From Eledone cirrhosa (lineage: Eukaryota), in the NCBI GenBank assembly GCA_964016885.1, contig OZ024745.1, forward strand, positions 118,978,001 to 119,042,000: a DNA stretch of 64,000 nucleotides, in the 5' to 3' direction. Both the position numbers and the translations under genes were made by a program. Under the pieces are notes generated by a model that had not been told where the DNA came from, did not search any database, and was given only the letters and a program-made list of their open reading frames with translations. Shown here in pieces: positions 43,426 through 57,999 of the stretch (positions are counted from its first letter, which is position 1; every line of letters starts with the position of its first letter).

Positions 43426-43639
43426 GTATAGATATTCCAACAGACACAAGGTACCTACAGAAATATGCATGGTGTTTATAATAGTTGTGGTTCGATGGTA
43501 CTAATTTGCGATACGAGAACGCTTTTACTTGTGGCCTAATTTTGCGTGTGCGTCACTTCAACGGCTTGACCGCATGCGACGGGCAGTAAGCGAAATTTTG
43601 ACTTACTATGAGGTTTTGCGCCCTTACGGTAGGGAAATA

Positions 43640-43719
43640 GCTGTCTGAAGATCTAATTCATTCCATTGGAAATTCTCTGGATTTCCAATCTTTTGATTAG
43701 TGAAACCGTCGGTAACAGC
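43640..43719 (+). ncRNA. Hammerhead ribozyme motif, 50-nt stem II
   Basis: GCTGT-CTGAAGA-T CTAAT..ATTGGAAAT..ATTTCCAAT..ATTAG T-GAAACC GTC GGT A-ACAGC. Confidence 0.8.
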
Positions 43720-43792
43720 AATAGAACAGGTGAATATTTAAATCGTTTTTTAATTTGTTTAAAAGATTATTTGATAATTGCTTGCTCCGTTC

Positions 43793-43898
<106 letters not shown>

Positions 43899-43907
43899 TT
43901 GTGTGCG

Positions 43908-43950
<43 letters not shown>

Positions 43951-44059
43951 GCAAACACACACACAATCTGTATATATATATATATATATATATTCAGATT
44001 ATATATATATATACATATACATATTTATATGTGTATATATATATACGTATATATATGTT

Positions 44060-44111
<52 letters not shown>

Positions 44112-44175
44112 TATACATGTATATATATATATATGCACACACACACATATATATAAATATATATATATATATAGT

Positions 44176-44390
44176 GAAGGCGTGTGGCTGAGGGGTTAGA
44201 GAATTGGATTCACAATCTTGGGGTTGTGAGTTCGATTCCTGGACCGGGCGATGCGTTATGTCCTTGAGCAAGACACTTTATTTCACGTTGCTCCTTCTAC
44301 CTGGAGTTGCGACCGATAGATAGTACTAGCAACTGGAAAGACCATTGGAAACATTGTTTCCTCGGTCCGATTTGACGAAAGTCGATCGAT
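44176..44390 (+). mobile_element. Second tRNA-derived SINE family (inverted copy 57088-57300; diverged piece 48065-48820)
   Basis: A box TGGCTGAGGGG, B box GAGTTCGATTCC, central TGTCCTTGAGCAAGACACTT. Confidence 0.85.
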
Positions 44391-44447
<57 letters not shown>

Positions 44448-44471
44448 CATATATATATATATACATGTATA

Positions 44472-44527
<56 letters not shown>

Positions 44528-44582
44528 TATATGTATATATATATACACATATAAATATGTATATGTATATATATATATAATC

Positions 44583-44620
<38 letters not shown>

Positions 44621-44621
44621 C

Positions 44622-44668
<47 letters not shown>

Positions 44669-44689
44669 GTGTGTGTGTGTGGGTGTGTG

Positions 44690-44905
44690 TAAAAGGTGAA
44701 CAGAAATAACAACACAATCGGTACAGTATATGGAAGGGATATATTAGCTTAACGCTTGATATAGCAGGAAGAGGGTCTTATCGTTTCGGACGAAGGACTA
44801 GCGTCCGAAACGTTAAGACCCTCTTCCTGCTATATCAAGCGTTAACATAATATATCCCTTCCATATACTGTACCGATTGTGTTGTTATTTCTGTTCACCT
44901 TTTAC
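44690..44905. repeat. Fold-back inverted repeat hinged in a hammerhead stem II
   Basis: TTTCGGACG-AAGGACTAG-CGTCCGAAACGTT centre; arms about 95 bp. Confidence 0.8.
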
Positions 44906-44949
44906 ACACACCCACACACACACACACATATATATATATATACATACAT

Positions 44950-45002
<53 letters not shown>

Positions 45003-45004
45003 TA

Positions 45005-45497
45005 TATTGAAAGAGTGAAGAATAACATGGTCAACAGTACAAAAAAGGGTTTTATTTTTACAGTATTAACAATCCTTTCACTGATTAACTCGTCTAAAAC
45101 TTACTGAACACTTGAAGCTGTGCCACTCAATTTTAAAAACGATGTTAGCTTAACCAGATCGTCAGAGTCCCTTCTGATGATCTGGTTAAGCTAACATCGT
45201 ATTTAAAATTGAGTGGCACAGCTTCAAGTGTTCAGTAAGTTTTAGACGACTTAATCAGTGAAAGGATTGTTAATAGTGTAAAAATAAAACCCTTTTTTGT
45301 ACTGTTGACCATGTTATTCTTCACTCTTTCAATATTATTACTCCAAGATAAATTTACAAAGGAATTCAAGAGAACTCACAAACTCGCCACCTACGGAAGC
45401 CTCTTGTTGAGTCAAACAACGCTGTACGCTAAAACTAACCACGATACGGAGTATTCATAACCTCTAACTGGATTACCTATAACGATATTTTCTTATC

Positions 45498-45500
<3 letters not shown>
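45005..45500. repeat. Fold-back element (45005-45335) with extended-stem-II hammerhead (45172-45273); third copy inverted at 46283-46617
   Basis: CTGATGA-T CTGGTTAAG...CTTAATCAG T-GAAA; the copy near 46510 shows stem III ACAATTGT; stem I incomplete. Confidence 0.75.
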
Positions 45501-45530
<30 letters not shown>

Positions 45531-45534
<4 letters not shown>

Positions 45535-45577
45535 AGCTGATGATCCGTTTGAGGTGAAACACATTTTTGTTCTCAGA
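45531..45577 (+). ncRNA. Hammerhead motif (relative at 47164-47197)
   Basis: TCCGAG-CTGATGA-TCC GTTTGA GGT-GAAACA CATTTT TGT T-CTCAGA; 47164 copy AG-CTGAGGA-TCC GCTAA GGA-GAAAC AATT GT T-CT. Confidence 0.65.
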
Positions 45578-46146
45578 AATGGTGTATGAACTGTTGTGGA
45601 ATTACTTCTACACACACATATATATATAAACATACACAGACTTATGAAGTAAAACTAAACCAATCCTAGTTTTCTAATGAACAAACTGGTATTTGTTTAT
45701 CTCAAGAAATGGCATCAGGCGACTGCTTATCATCTAATTTCAGTTCATCACCCCGTAGATATAAAATGATTAAAAAACGCAGAAAGAAAGAAATGGGGAA
45801 TTTTTGGACAATCTTTTTTTCATTAGCCCTTCCTACTTATCTGAAAGGCGCAACATTAATCAAACCTATGTGGTGAAAGGTCATCATACGAATTCAATAA
45901 TCATTATCCAAATACCTTTCATTACAAAAACAACATCCCAAAACCTAGCTGTTGCTAATGGGTACTTAAAAAAAAGTATAATATTTCGAGCTAAGGAGAG
46001 AGTTTCTACGTAAGTCATTCGACAAAGTTGACTTCTATACAAAACACCTTTGAGCAAAACCTCGATCAAGATTGACATGAACAACAACTACAAATCAAAC
46101 AAGATACTTGTGATTGTGTGTGTGTGCTTGCTAGAGAAGGAGAAAT

Positions 46147-46209
<63 letters not shown>

Positions 46210-46616
46210 CAGTGATAGATAGAGGGAGAGGAAGATATAAAGAAAAAGAGAGTGAGAGAGAGAGAAAGAGAGTGATATATATATGGGATAACAAATTATC
46301 GTTATAGGTAATCCAGTTAGAGGTTGTGAATACTCCGTATAGTGGATAGTGTTAGCATACTGCGTTGTTTGACTCAACAAGAGGTTTCCTTAGGTAGCGA
46401 GTTTGTGAGTTCTCGGGAATTTCGATGCAGGTTAATCTTGGAGTAATAATATTGAAAGAGTGAAGAATAACATGGTCAACGGTACAAAATGGGTTTTATT
46501 TACAGTATTAACAATTGTTTCATTGATTAAGTTGTCTAACAATTGCTAATCCCTTGAAGCTGTGCCACTCAATTTTAAATACAATGTATGCTTAACCAAA
46601 TCATCAGAAAAGTTTT

Positions 46617-46794
46617 TCAGGACTAACCGTCATCAGTGATCTTCTGGCCGTCATAGGTATTTCTTCGCATTAAAGATCATATACCTCTGGCTGGTGCGAG
46701 CAATAACCAAATAAAGTTATTGGGATGTATATGATCTTTAATGCGAAGAAATACCTATGATGGCCAGAATATCACTGATGACGGTTAGTCCTGA
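46617..46794. repeat. Inverted repeat, about 70-bp arms
   Basis: TCAGGACTAACCGTCATCAGTGAT.. / ..ATCACTGATGACGGTTAGTCCTGA. Confidence 0.8.
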
Positions 46795-46857
46795 CTTCTT
46801 ACTCTATTTTTTAATTCATATGTATCACATCCGCAACAACGCAGCACGCCATTTTTT

Positions 46858-46915
<58 letters not shown>

Positions 46916-47018
46916 AGAGAGAGAGAGGAGAGCGAGAGAGAGAGAGGGGGGGGGGGGAGGAGGAGAGTGAGAGAGAAAGAGAGTGAGAGAGTGATATATA
47001 TATATTTATATATATATT

Positions 47019-47142
<124 letters not shown>

Positions 47143-47294
47143 TATATATATATATATATATATAGCTGAGGATCCGCTAAGGAGAAACAATTGTTCTCGG
47201 TATGGTGAACTAACTGTTGTGTAACCACTTCTACCTAACTCGTCCCATGGACTGAGTGCTCTACCACTACGGATATTACCTTCCAGCGTTCTAC

Positions 47295-47348
<54 letters not shown>

Positions 47349-48850
47349 CGAAGGAAATGTGGTAAGGAACCAGATGAACCATAACGCACCAAAGTACTCA
47401 ATACTTAGGGTAGTAGAGTGGGTAATAGGAACGAGTAGGACCCCGACGGCTGAGCTCAAGCCGTTTCGACGGCTAATTCTGGACTAAATGTCTGACTAAA
47501 TGTCTGACTTTTAGTCCAGAATTAGCCGTCGAAACGGCTTGAGCTCAGCCGTCGGGGTCCTACTCATTTCTATATATATATTTATATATATATATATTTA
47601 TTTATTTATATATATATATATATATTATAGAGAGAGAGAAAGAGAGAGAGAGAGGAGAGTGAGATATATAGATAGATAAATAGATAGAGAGAGGGGGGGA
47701 GTGAGAGAAAATGAGAGAGGGAGCGAGGGCGAGAGAGAGGGAGTAGTTTTGTCTTTTTTTTATTCATTTCACATAAAATATATGACAAGTATTTTCCTGT
47801 TTTATGTTCTTTTCCTAAATTCACTAAATACTGTAAAATATATCAATGTCGAAAATCCTTTATTCTCTACAAAAGTCGTTTTTATTTCTGTTTGAATATG
47901 ATTTCTGTTTGGTAAGTGTTAGAAGAAAACCATATTTTATTATTGAACGAACATCATATCACAATTTAAGTTTTAGTCAACAATGCTAACTTATAATCAA
48001 CCGTTGTTTACACTGTAGCACTTATCCATAGTTTCTACATATAAATATGGATTGACATTATAGTAAAGGCACATGGCTTAGTGATTAGGGTGTTCATCCC
48101 ACTGTCATAGCCGCAGGTGTGAGCCTCGCGAGATGGAATGGCTCTTCCAGCGCATCTCCCTTACCACCCTCGGGGGAAACGCCTTCTCCATTCTGTCCGC
48201 CGGGGCTGTGGGGAGACCAGCGCGTTGGACTCCATTTGCTCACCATACAGAGAGATGGGGAGAGTGAGAGAGATGGAGGCGATGACAGTGGGAGTTCGGC
48301 CCTTCCGCGTTCGGACCATATCCTTGTGGTTGTATTTATTATCTATATAGAAAATTATTTAATTCCCAAGATTTACTTATTGTTTTATGCAACTTATCGC
48401 TTCATCCAGTGATGTCAAACACCGTTGGTGCTACCAGGGAACTCCTGCGTGTTATGGTTCCAATCTGAAGCACATTCTTTCTTTCATCCGTTATCCGCCA
48501 CCACAAGAATCCGGAAGCTGTTGTAACCATGGCAATCCTGCATGATTTATGCTAGTTCCATCTATGGCATGTTGTGTCCTTGAGCATGACATTTTATATC
48601 ACTGTGCTCCAGTTCACTCGGCTGGCAAAAGTGAGTTATATTTGGAATACAAGGGGACAGCCTTGTCATACATTATATACCGTTGCATATCCCTAAGAAC
48701 TACGACAAGGATGCACGTGTCTGTGGAAAGCTCAGCCACTTAGACGTTAATTTCCCGAGCAGGTAGTTCCGTTGATTGAATCAACTGCAGCAGTCGTCAT
48801 CGGAAACGACAGAAGTCTAACAACATTAACAAGTACTTATCCAGACAACG

Positions 48851-48880
<30 letters not shown>

Positions 48881-48886
<6 letters not shown>

Positions 48887-50379
48887 GTTAAAGATGTACA
48901 TCCATATATGTATACTGAAATACTAGTATGTATATGAATACACACACGTATACATATGTAGATGTACCAAGTTTTTTCACTGGTCACTTTACTGTGAGTG
49001 GCCAGCTATTCTGTATGTAAACACACAGACAAACCGGTTTTTAGAGTCATACTGGTTTTTGAGGAAACACCTTTCCTCTATTCTCCAGAAAGCCAGACAA
49101 GGAATATTGAACTAGTTTCGTTGTTGTTACAACTCATCAGCAATATTTACCTATCTTCCGGCCTTTCTAGAGAATCGTAAAATCACATATCGTTATATGC
49201 TTTTTCTATGAAAATTAGTAGTGGGCAGACCAATTTGCATAGAGTGTGAGTAAGTACCGGTTCAACGGAGACGATAAAAACAAATAACGAAACGAAATTA
49301 AATTTCGTTTCGCTTGTAACTCACTTTTGTATGACTGACGCTTAAACAATTAAGTTAAAGATGTACATCCATATATGTATACTGAAATACTAGTATGTAT
49401 ATGAATACACACACGTATACATATGTAGATGTACCAAGTTTTTTCACTGGTCACTTTACTGTGAGTGGCCAGCTATTCTGTATGTAAACACACAGACAAA
49501 CCGGTTTTTAGAGTCATACTGGTTTTTGAGGAAACACCTTTCCTCTATTCTCCAGAAAGCCAGACAAGGAATATTGAACTAGTTTCGTTGTTGTTACAAC
49601 TCATCAGCAATATTTACCTATCTTCCGGCTTTCTGGAGAATAGAGGAAAGGTGTTTCCTCAAAAACCAGTATGACTCTAAAAACCGGTTTGTCTGTGTGT
49701 TTACATACAGAATAGCTGGCCACTCACAGTAAAGTGACCAGTGAAAAAACTTGGTACATCTACATATGTATACGTGTGTGTATTCATATACATACTAGTA
49801 TTTCAGTATACATATATGGATGTACATCTTTAACTTAATTGTTTAAGCGTCAGTCATACAAAAGTGAGTTACAAGCGAAACGAAATTTAATTTCGTTTCG
49901 TTATTTGTTTTTATCGTCTCCGTTGAACCGGTACTTACTCACACTCTATGCAAATTGGTCTGCCCACTACTAATTTTCATAGAAAAAGCATATAACGATA
50001 TGTGATTTTACGATTCTCTAGAAAGGCCGGAAGATAGGTAAATATTGCTGATGAGTTGTAACAACAACGAAACTAGTTCAATATTCCTTGTCTGGCTTTC
50101 TGGAGAATAGAGGAAAGGTGTTTCCTCAAAAACCAGTATGACTCTAAAAACCGGTTTGTCTGTGTGTTTACATACAGAATAGCTGGCCACTCACAGTAAA
50201 GTGACCAGTGAAAAAACTTGGTACATCTACATATGTATACGTGTGTGTATTCATATACATACTAGTATTTCAGTATACATATATGGATGTACATCTTTAA
50301 CTTAATTGTTTAAGCGTCAGTCATACAAAAGTGAGTTACAAGCGAAACGAAATTTAATTTCGTTTCGTTATTTGTTTTT
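48881..50379. mobile_element. Hammerhead-containing tandem + inverted element (467-bp unit), retrozyme/pLTR-like, related to family Y
   Basis: 48881 recurs at 49348 (offset 467); 49629-50379 is the inverted tandem; copies essentially identical; (TA)n on both flanks. Confidence 0.9.
50041..50085 (+). ncRNA. Minimal type I hammerhead ribozyme (minus-strand copies 49103-49147, 49570-49614)
   Basis: AATATTG-CTGATGA-GTTGT AACA ACAAC-GAAAC TA GT T-CAATATT; canonical G10.1-C11.1 pair; palindromic ACTAGT. Confidence 0.88.
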
Positions 50380-50672
50380 ATATATATATATATATGTAAG
50401 TATGAATATGTGAATTGTGAGTATATGTATTTTGTAGAGGTGTGCAAATATATTTGTGTGTGAATGCGTGGGTGAAAGGATACGTAAACATGAAAGAAAA
50501 ATTTAAGTCTGAATGTTAATTAAGTGCAAACACAAAACCAACCACGCATATCTTTACTATCTCTAATCCTTCTTAAGTATGTATATATATGTGAAAATGT
50601 ATATAAATAAGTAAATATATATATATGTTTGATGTGTATAGTTAGATGTAAGTGTATTCATGTATTAAAGTG

Positions 50673-50749
<77 letters not shown>

Positions 50750-50750
<1 letters not shown>

Positions 50751-51205
50751 TAGAAGGGATATTTAATTTGCTGGAAATACAACAAATAAATATAAATGTT
50801 TATAACTGATTCAGAGCACTCGACAGCTTTCTGGAGTAAATATTCAATGATATTAAATAAATGGAAACTATATTTATAAAACCATATTTATTCAATTATA
50901 TATATTTCAAGAGTACCAAAATTTTAGTACGCTATCATCAGATAAAATACAAAATGTTTTATAAATATTTGACATGACCAAGGATAATATACCTTAACGG
51001 TTCAAGTTATCCCTGGATAGTGAAGGGAAGAGAGAAAACAGATATTTAAAATTATTTTATGAGTATATTATCCTTGGTCATGTCAAATATTTATAAAACA
51101 TTTTGTATTTTATCTGATGATAGCGTACTAAAATTTTGGTACCCTTGAAATAAATATAATAGAATAAATATGGTTTTATAAATATAGTTTCCATTTATTT
51201 AATAT

Positions 51206-51210
<5 letters not shown>
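50750..51210. repeat. Family Z inverted repeat with hammerheads (51106-51166 +, about 50887-50949 -)
   Basis: Arms 50845-50990 / 51065-51210; homologous to 19325-19580. Confidence 0.8.
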
Positions 51211-51248
<38 letters not shown>

Positions 51249-51476
51249 AACAAGTATGACCCCGATGGCAGAGCTCAAGCCGTTTCAACGGCTATTAGCC
51301 GTCGAAACGGCTTGAGCTCTGCCGTTGGGGTCATACTTGTTCCTATTACCCACTCTACTACCCTAAGTATTGAGTACTTTGGTGCGTTATAGTCCATCTG
51401 GTTCCTTACCACATTTCCTTCGTTATATATATATATAATGATATATATATATAATATAATATATTGTATATATATA

Positions 51477-51539
<63 letters not shown>

Positions 51540-51540
<1 letters not shown>

Positions 51541-52019
51541 CTAACCGAATTACCCGCGCCTTTCTGCATTTCACACATTTCTTTTGTAAGAAAATGATGA
51601 TTGATTTTAAATCAGTGATATAATTTATGGAGAAAAACTCTGCATTGCAATATTACTCAGTATAAAATGTAATGCATGAAAAATTGGAAAGCATTATTTT
51701 TTGTAATATATGAAATCAAAATTACATTATTATATCTTATTCTTATTTTGTTTCTTGTAAATAATTTTTTCAAAATATCAATTCAAAACTTTTGTGAATA
51801 GGCATATCTTGTCATTTACCTATGGTTTAAATATCATATAAATCGAAGTAAAAAAATGTTCAGCGGGGATTTTCAGCGAGGCTTTGTGCCCCCGGAGAAC
51901 CCTTTTATTAAAATGAAATATACTTATCCAAGTACCCTGGGCAATGTAGTTTAAGAATATATATCTCCAAAACCATAGGAGGAGTTCGTGAACAAACAAA
52001 CAAACAGACAGGAATTACA

Positions 52020-52030
<11 letters not shown>
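51540..52030 (-). mobile_element. Helitron-like non-autonomous element
   Basis: Minus strand starts (TA)nAAGTTGTAATTCCTGTCTGTTTGTTTG and ends GCGCGGGTAATTCGGTTAG-T. Confidence 0.5.
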
Positions 52031-52078
<48 letters not shown>

Positions 52079-52108
52079 CTTCTCGTTAAAACAATCTCTA
52101 TACCTCTC

Positions 52109-52143
<35 letters not shown>

Positions 52144-53074
52144 TTGAAAGTGGCAAAGGCGCTATGTAGTTACTAATAAATATTGCTTAGAAAACATAAG
52201 AAAACACAAACATAAGGACAATTTACGCTCTTCGGCAATCTGCTGTGGGTTGTTGATGTTTTCACGGATTAAAGACAGTACACCATAGAGCGTTAATAAC
52301 CACGAGGGGTAGTTATTAGATAAGAAAACAACAAAAAACAGAAATGATGGCAAAGAGAACGACAGAAAAAGGAAATAAAGAGAAGAAAAAACAGAAGAAA
52401 AACATAGAGAGGGGGAAAAACGAGACACTGGTACATGTAAGTTGCAGTAACCAATGGGAGAGAGGGAGAAGTTAAAAAGGAGACGGAGCGTAAGCCCTGA
52501 ATCCGTATTAACAGCACGAGAGAAAGCGAAGAGAAAAACGTCTGATCTTAGCGAGAACAGGCGCAAAGAGGGAGAGACGAAGGAAAACGGAAGTGAGAGG
52601 GGGGGAGGTGGAAATGGTAATGGAACAGAGAGGGGGGGGGGGGGAGAAAGGAGATAGATGGTAGGGGAGAGAAAGAGAGAGAAAGAAAGAGGGAGAAAGG
52701 AGGAAGTAAAAGAGTTAATCCAAAATGGCAGAACTTAAGTCCAAAACAAGCGAGATAGGGAGAAAAGAATGAAGGTCACAGTAATAAATTAATATGAATT
52801 AAAAGCGGCAGGTTCTTTGGTTGATTAAAGTTTATTCTGTTGTAAGGTATCTGATTTGTGGATAGGTTCCACCCGTTCTCCCATTAATCTTGGAGACTCT
52901 GAAATATTAAAGCATCAAAGGTACCGTCCTTCTCTCCCTGATTAAGTGACAACAAATACAAAACATCGCAGAATATTCTTGATTAATTAAACACACCAGG
53001 CTGAATAATTCGCCAAATACATAAATATTTTGGATAAAGATGAAGAAGCAGTCAAAATATGGTCAAATAACATT

Positions 53075-53260
53075 ATTGGCAGTATCGGTAGAGAGTCGGA
53101 CGTCACGATTTGCAGCATCGAGTTACGGCCCATTGCGGTCTGAGTTCAAATCCCGCCGAGTTTAATTTTGCCTTTCATCCTTACGAGGTCGATAGAATAA
53201 AGCACCAGTAATGCACAGGGATAATTGCTGGCCTTGTGCTAAAAGTAGAAACAATTATTA
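53075..53260 (+). mobile_element. tRNA-derived SINE
   Basis: Family match. Confidence 0.85.
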
Positions 53261-53429
53261 GTCAATTTATAAAATATATGTCCAAACTCGTCGAGTTAGA
53301 AATTACAGCTTTGCATTGAAGAAGCCAATTTTCTTTTGCCATCAAGTAGGATGAGTCAACTGATATAACTAGAAAAGCTCAGTCCCTTGTATTTTCTAGA
53401 TTTATTCGTAGTAGAGACCATGAACCAAT

Positions 53430-53469
<40 letters not shown>

Positions 53470-53819
53470 TGAAAACTACTTCCAAAGACAACAAAATGGA
53501 AATATATGTTTCACGCTGTTAACAGATATTCCCCTTATTAATCATCATGGAAAGCATGCATTATCATCTGCACGGACGATGACACCTCTACGGTGGGATT
53601 CACCTCAATCGTGGAATTATTCCTAACAGTGAAGCAAAAGAAACCTTCAATTATTTTTATACACCGTTTCCTCAATAGAGAAACCCTCCATTTCAAAATC
53701 AGTTACTCCTGGCCTAAAAAGACGTATATATAAGGCTATTTGAATAGTTAACTACATCATTCTGTTCTATCATGCCAACTACTACAGAGTGCGTCTTTCG
53801 GAAACAAACATGCAAGGAT

Positions 53820-54430
53820 TAACTTGAGGGAGGGCGCTCTCAAGCTTTTATGTATTGAAGAAAGAACTACGTTTTATTGAACTGGTGCAATTGCTTCAGG
53901 AAGAAACTTAGAGAATAACGCCGCATTCTTATTCGATATTTTCCAATAAATGAACGCTCTTAACATGAACACAAAGGAGAAAAAAAATGAAAATAACCCT
54001 TTCAACCACCAGAAAAAACTACAACTAATATTGGGGAAAGCAGAAATAAAGAGTGAAAACAAAGTTGAAATGTTTTTGTTGACAAAATCCTGCAAGATTT
54101 ACAAAATCTTATTGAATTCATTGTCACTGCTGAGTAAAAATATTGATAAGTATTTTCCCGCACTAGATGTCTTTTCCTTGGTTTGGGGGGGGGGGGGGGG
54201 GGGGGAAGATCCATTTTTGTTAAATATGTTAGGGGTGAGGAGAATTTTCTCTTTCCAAAGAAGATGAAGTTAGAAAAATCCTAAATATGCGATGGCTGAA
54301 ACTGCAGCACTCATCTACAGATATAACTTCATTCCGATTGTTTCTCTCACACGAATACCCCATCATCCCAATGAAAGTACTTAAAGAACTCCTTCTGTCC
54401 CTAACATCACATTTATACCAGAGGCTATTG
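53820..54430 (+). pseudogene. Decayed hAT (Buster/Charlie-like) transposase C-terminal half
   Basis: Across frames: GRALSSFYVLKKELRF, AFLFDIFQ*MNALN, QKKLQL, EMF..KYFP, W..DPF, LKLQHSSTDITSFRL..EYPII..VLKELL, colinear with the family pattern. Confidence 0.72.
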
Positions 54431-55540
54431 ACAGTTTATGCTATTCCTAGCGGTTAATCTTGTGAAATCTCTTTTTCAGCTGGAAGTCCAAATTAGTTAT
54501 TTCGAGAAACCCACATGATATCTGCCAGGCAACCGGAATTTCCGGTGTAGATTCTAAAGGAAAAAGGGATAAAGATCCCATAACTCCTTGTGGCGTTGTA
54601 GAGGCACCGTCATGCGGCGTGTCTAGGACACTTTTAAATCTGGTGGAGCCCAACCCTCTCCAGGTCTGAACACCGCCGCTTTTTCCTCTAGAGGAAGAAT
54701 CCACCCAGTACTGGACTGGTACTTTTTTTTATCGACATCGAAAGGATGAAGAGCAAAGCTGACCCCCACGGGATTTGAACTCAAAGCGCTCAATGAGGTG
54801 GGACGAATACTGTAAAGCATTCTATCCGACGTCTTACCGACTCTGCCAATTCGCTGCAAGATTGTTACGCAAACTCTTCTACCGACTATTCTCACATAAC
54901 ACAACCATGTGGCTATGATGAGCCGCTAACAATATTGAGTGAAATGTCCAAAGGAAAGCTTTCGTGTTAGCAGGACCTTCCAGTCACCAAGGAATATATG
55001 AGCACTAGTCTGAAAACACTACCACTTTTACTACTACACACGTATAGCTCCACTGAAGTGAATATTCCCCACTAATTTGTCATTAACACAACCATTCATC
55101 TCAACAGTTGACTTTATATGCAAAACCCAGCCTTAACTCTTTCGTCATAATTTTCGAATTATACGGACAAACTGTTAAATATTGAGGTTATTTGTAATTG
55201 AGGAACCGACGTATGTGTGTGTATGTGTGGGGGGGGGGGGGGTCTGTGTGTGTATGCGATTGACATTTGAGAGAAAAGAGCACTCAATACCGAAATAGAG
55301 TTTTAATATTCATTTTATTAAGGCTAAAAAAATCCTGTCAAATCAATGGGTGGCAGTAGTTCCAGCTGCACACATGAAAAGACTGGTGTCGTGGTTCTGA
55401 GAACAATGCGGCTTTGCAGATAATCAATGTAAATTGACAATGGAAGGGCGCTCCCGCTCCAGTTAGAAGAGAACTATTGACCTTCAGAAGAAGCAGCGAC
55501 TTCTGATTGTATTCAGCAACCGAAACAAATATTAATATAT

Positions 55541-55641
55541 TAAGGCTAAATAGTGAGTCTTGTTCCTCTGAAGTTTCGCCTGTTCATCACAGTGTCATCA
55601 GACGAAACTCAAGAGTAACAAGACTCACCTTTTAGTCTTAA
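55541..55641. repeat. Short fold-back repeat with hammerhead 3' half
   Basis: GAAAC TCAAGA GT A on the right arm; the left arm is its diverged reverse complement. Confidence 0.6.
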
Positions 55642-56103
55642 TAAAATTAACATGTATGCACATACATGTTAAGTGTATGAGATCTTAAATATACTAAATA
55701 AGCTCTCTTGCAATAGATTGAGCATTATTTTCCTTGGCGTTTTACCTACGGATATCCTGCATACACATACATACATACATACATACATGGTGGCTGCCAA
55801 CTCGTTTTCGAGTACGGCCACTACTTTATATCAATGCAGGAGAACCCCTACCGATGCGCTGAACGAGTGTGACTTTTTAGTCCAGCCAGCGACTTGAAAA
55901 CTCTGGTACAAACACTACACTTGTGACAATTATTGACACACAGTGCTGGGCCCATGGTACCATGTGATGACAAGGGCAGAGAGATCTCCAGATATAAAGC
56001 AATGCCTGTGCCGTGAAGCTTTTATAGTGAGCAAAGGCACTGCACAAAGCCAGTCCCACTCTCTTAACCAAGATGATATTTACCAAAAAAGAAGAACAAG
56101 TCA

Positions 56104-56443
56104 ACATACATACATACATACATACATACATACATACATACATACATACATACATACATACATACATACATACATACATACATACATACATACATACATA
56201 CATACATACATACATACATACATACATACATACATACATACATACATACATACATACATACATACATACATACATACATACATACATACATACATACATA
56301 CATACATACATACATACATACATACATACATACATACATACATACATACATACATACATACATACATACATACATACATACATACATACATACATACATA
56401 CATACATACATACATACATACATACATACATACATACATACAT
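56104..56443. repeat. Perfect (CATA)n microsatellite between two related repeat fragments (55790-56103, 56445-56635)
   Basis: Direct inspection. Confidence 0.95.
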
Positions 56444-57999
56444 ACTGGCTGCCCCCTCTTTATCGAGTATGGCCATTGCAGGATATAACAATAATTAATA
56501 ACTATCAATTAATGCTATCGTGCAATGCCTGTGCGTGAAGATTTTTTTTTAAAGTGAGGAAAAACTGTGCACTGAACCAATCCCACTCTCTGAGCGACAG
56601 TAGCTATAACCTGAAAAGAAGAAGAGATTAACATCATTGGTAACTACTGAGCGGCAGGTTTTATGTCGGAGTTATCTCAGTTTCCTGAGTTGCCTTCTCT
56701 TAGAAGAATGCCGTGACAAAGTCTATGAGTCCTTCACTCCTAGTGGATTAACCACGCGATCGGGTATCCAGCCCGATTATTTCTATGTCCCCGCGCATAT
56801 ACATACATATGTACACATGTATATACATTTATACATATGTAAATACATATTTACAGACATTTTTGGATGGCCGTTGCCTCTTACGAGTTCTTCCGCCCTT
56901 TGTTAAGTTTTGTTTTTGTCCTGCAGGGTGTCCAAAATCCCCTCCTCACCAAGTAAACTTGATGGGGTTTGCTAGTTTAGTCGCCGACGAACCGACCATG
57001 ATACATGGTTGTACTGGTTTACATGTTACCAGTAGCACTCGAGAGCAAACTGACACACACACACATACACACACACATATATAAAGGAACGATCGACTTT
57101 CGTCAAATCGGACCGGGGAAACAATGTTTCCGTTGGTCTTTCCAGTTGCTAATACTATCTATCGGTCGCAACTCCAGGTAGAAGAAACAACGTGAAATAA
57201 AGTGCCTTGCTCAAGGACATAACGCATCGCCCGGTCCAGGAATCGAACTCACAACCTCAATATTGTGAATCCAATTCTCTAACCACTCAGCCACACGCCT
57301 TATATATATATAATACAGAAATATAATAAACGTATATAAAATCATATCAATAGTTTGAGTGTCAAATATTTTCTTTAGCTTTACATCAAAAGAAGAATAT
57401 ATTTGGTAAGTTCTCAGCGTGTTAGGAACATATCTTTCTGAAAAGAAACTCTGTTAGATGATCAAGTCTACAGTGCAAAGCACGTTACGGTGAATCATCC
57501 GATAATGTAATCAGAAACCTCCAGATCTTGGTTGTTTTTAACCTTAGATAGTTATTAATTATTTCCTGTTGAGTCGAAGATGTCTTTACTGAGGTTGGTT
57601 TTGTTGTTGTCAGACATCCTAGTTTTTACCATCATCATCATTACCATCATCACCACCATTACAATCATTAACATCGTTATTGTAGTCCTAACTTTATATA
57701 CCCTCTCCCACCACCACTGTCACCACTATCATCATCATCATCATCACCATTACATTCATTAACATATTTATTGTCATCCTAAATATATACACCCCCACCA
57801 CCACCACCACTGTCACCGCCATCATCATTATCATCATCATCTTTATTGTCATCATAATTATATATACCACAACCACTACTGACGCCCTCCTCCTCCCCCT
57901 CCTCCTCCTCCTCTTCACCATCATCATCACCCCTCCTCCTCCACCTCCCCTCATCATTCTCCCCCTCCTCCTCCTCCTGCTCCTCCTGCTCCTCCTCCC

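Noticed and set aside
44176-44260. tRNA gene
   Set aside because: A/B boxes belong to SINE heads that continue into SINE body; no complete cloverleaf recognised.
48998-50190. Three copies of a 60-69 aa ORF
   Set aside because: GTG-started, antisense to the ribozyme, and repeated only because the unit is repeated.
55877-56508. YVCM/HTYI repeat ORFs
   Set aside because: (CATA)n microsatellite.
57379-57411. 27-nt AG...GTAAGT micro-exon on the plus strand
   Set aside because: No partner exons or homology visible; such signals arise by chance.
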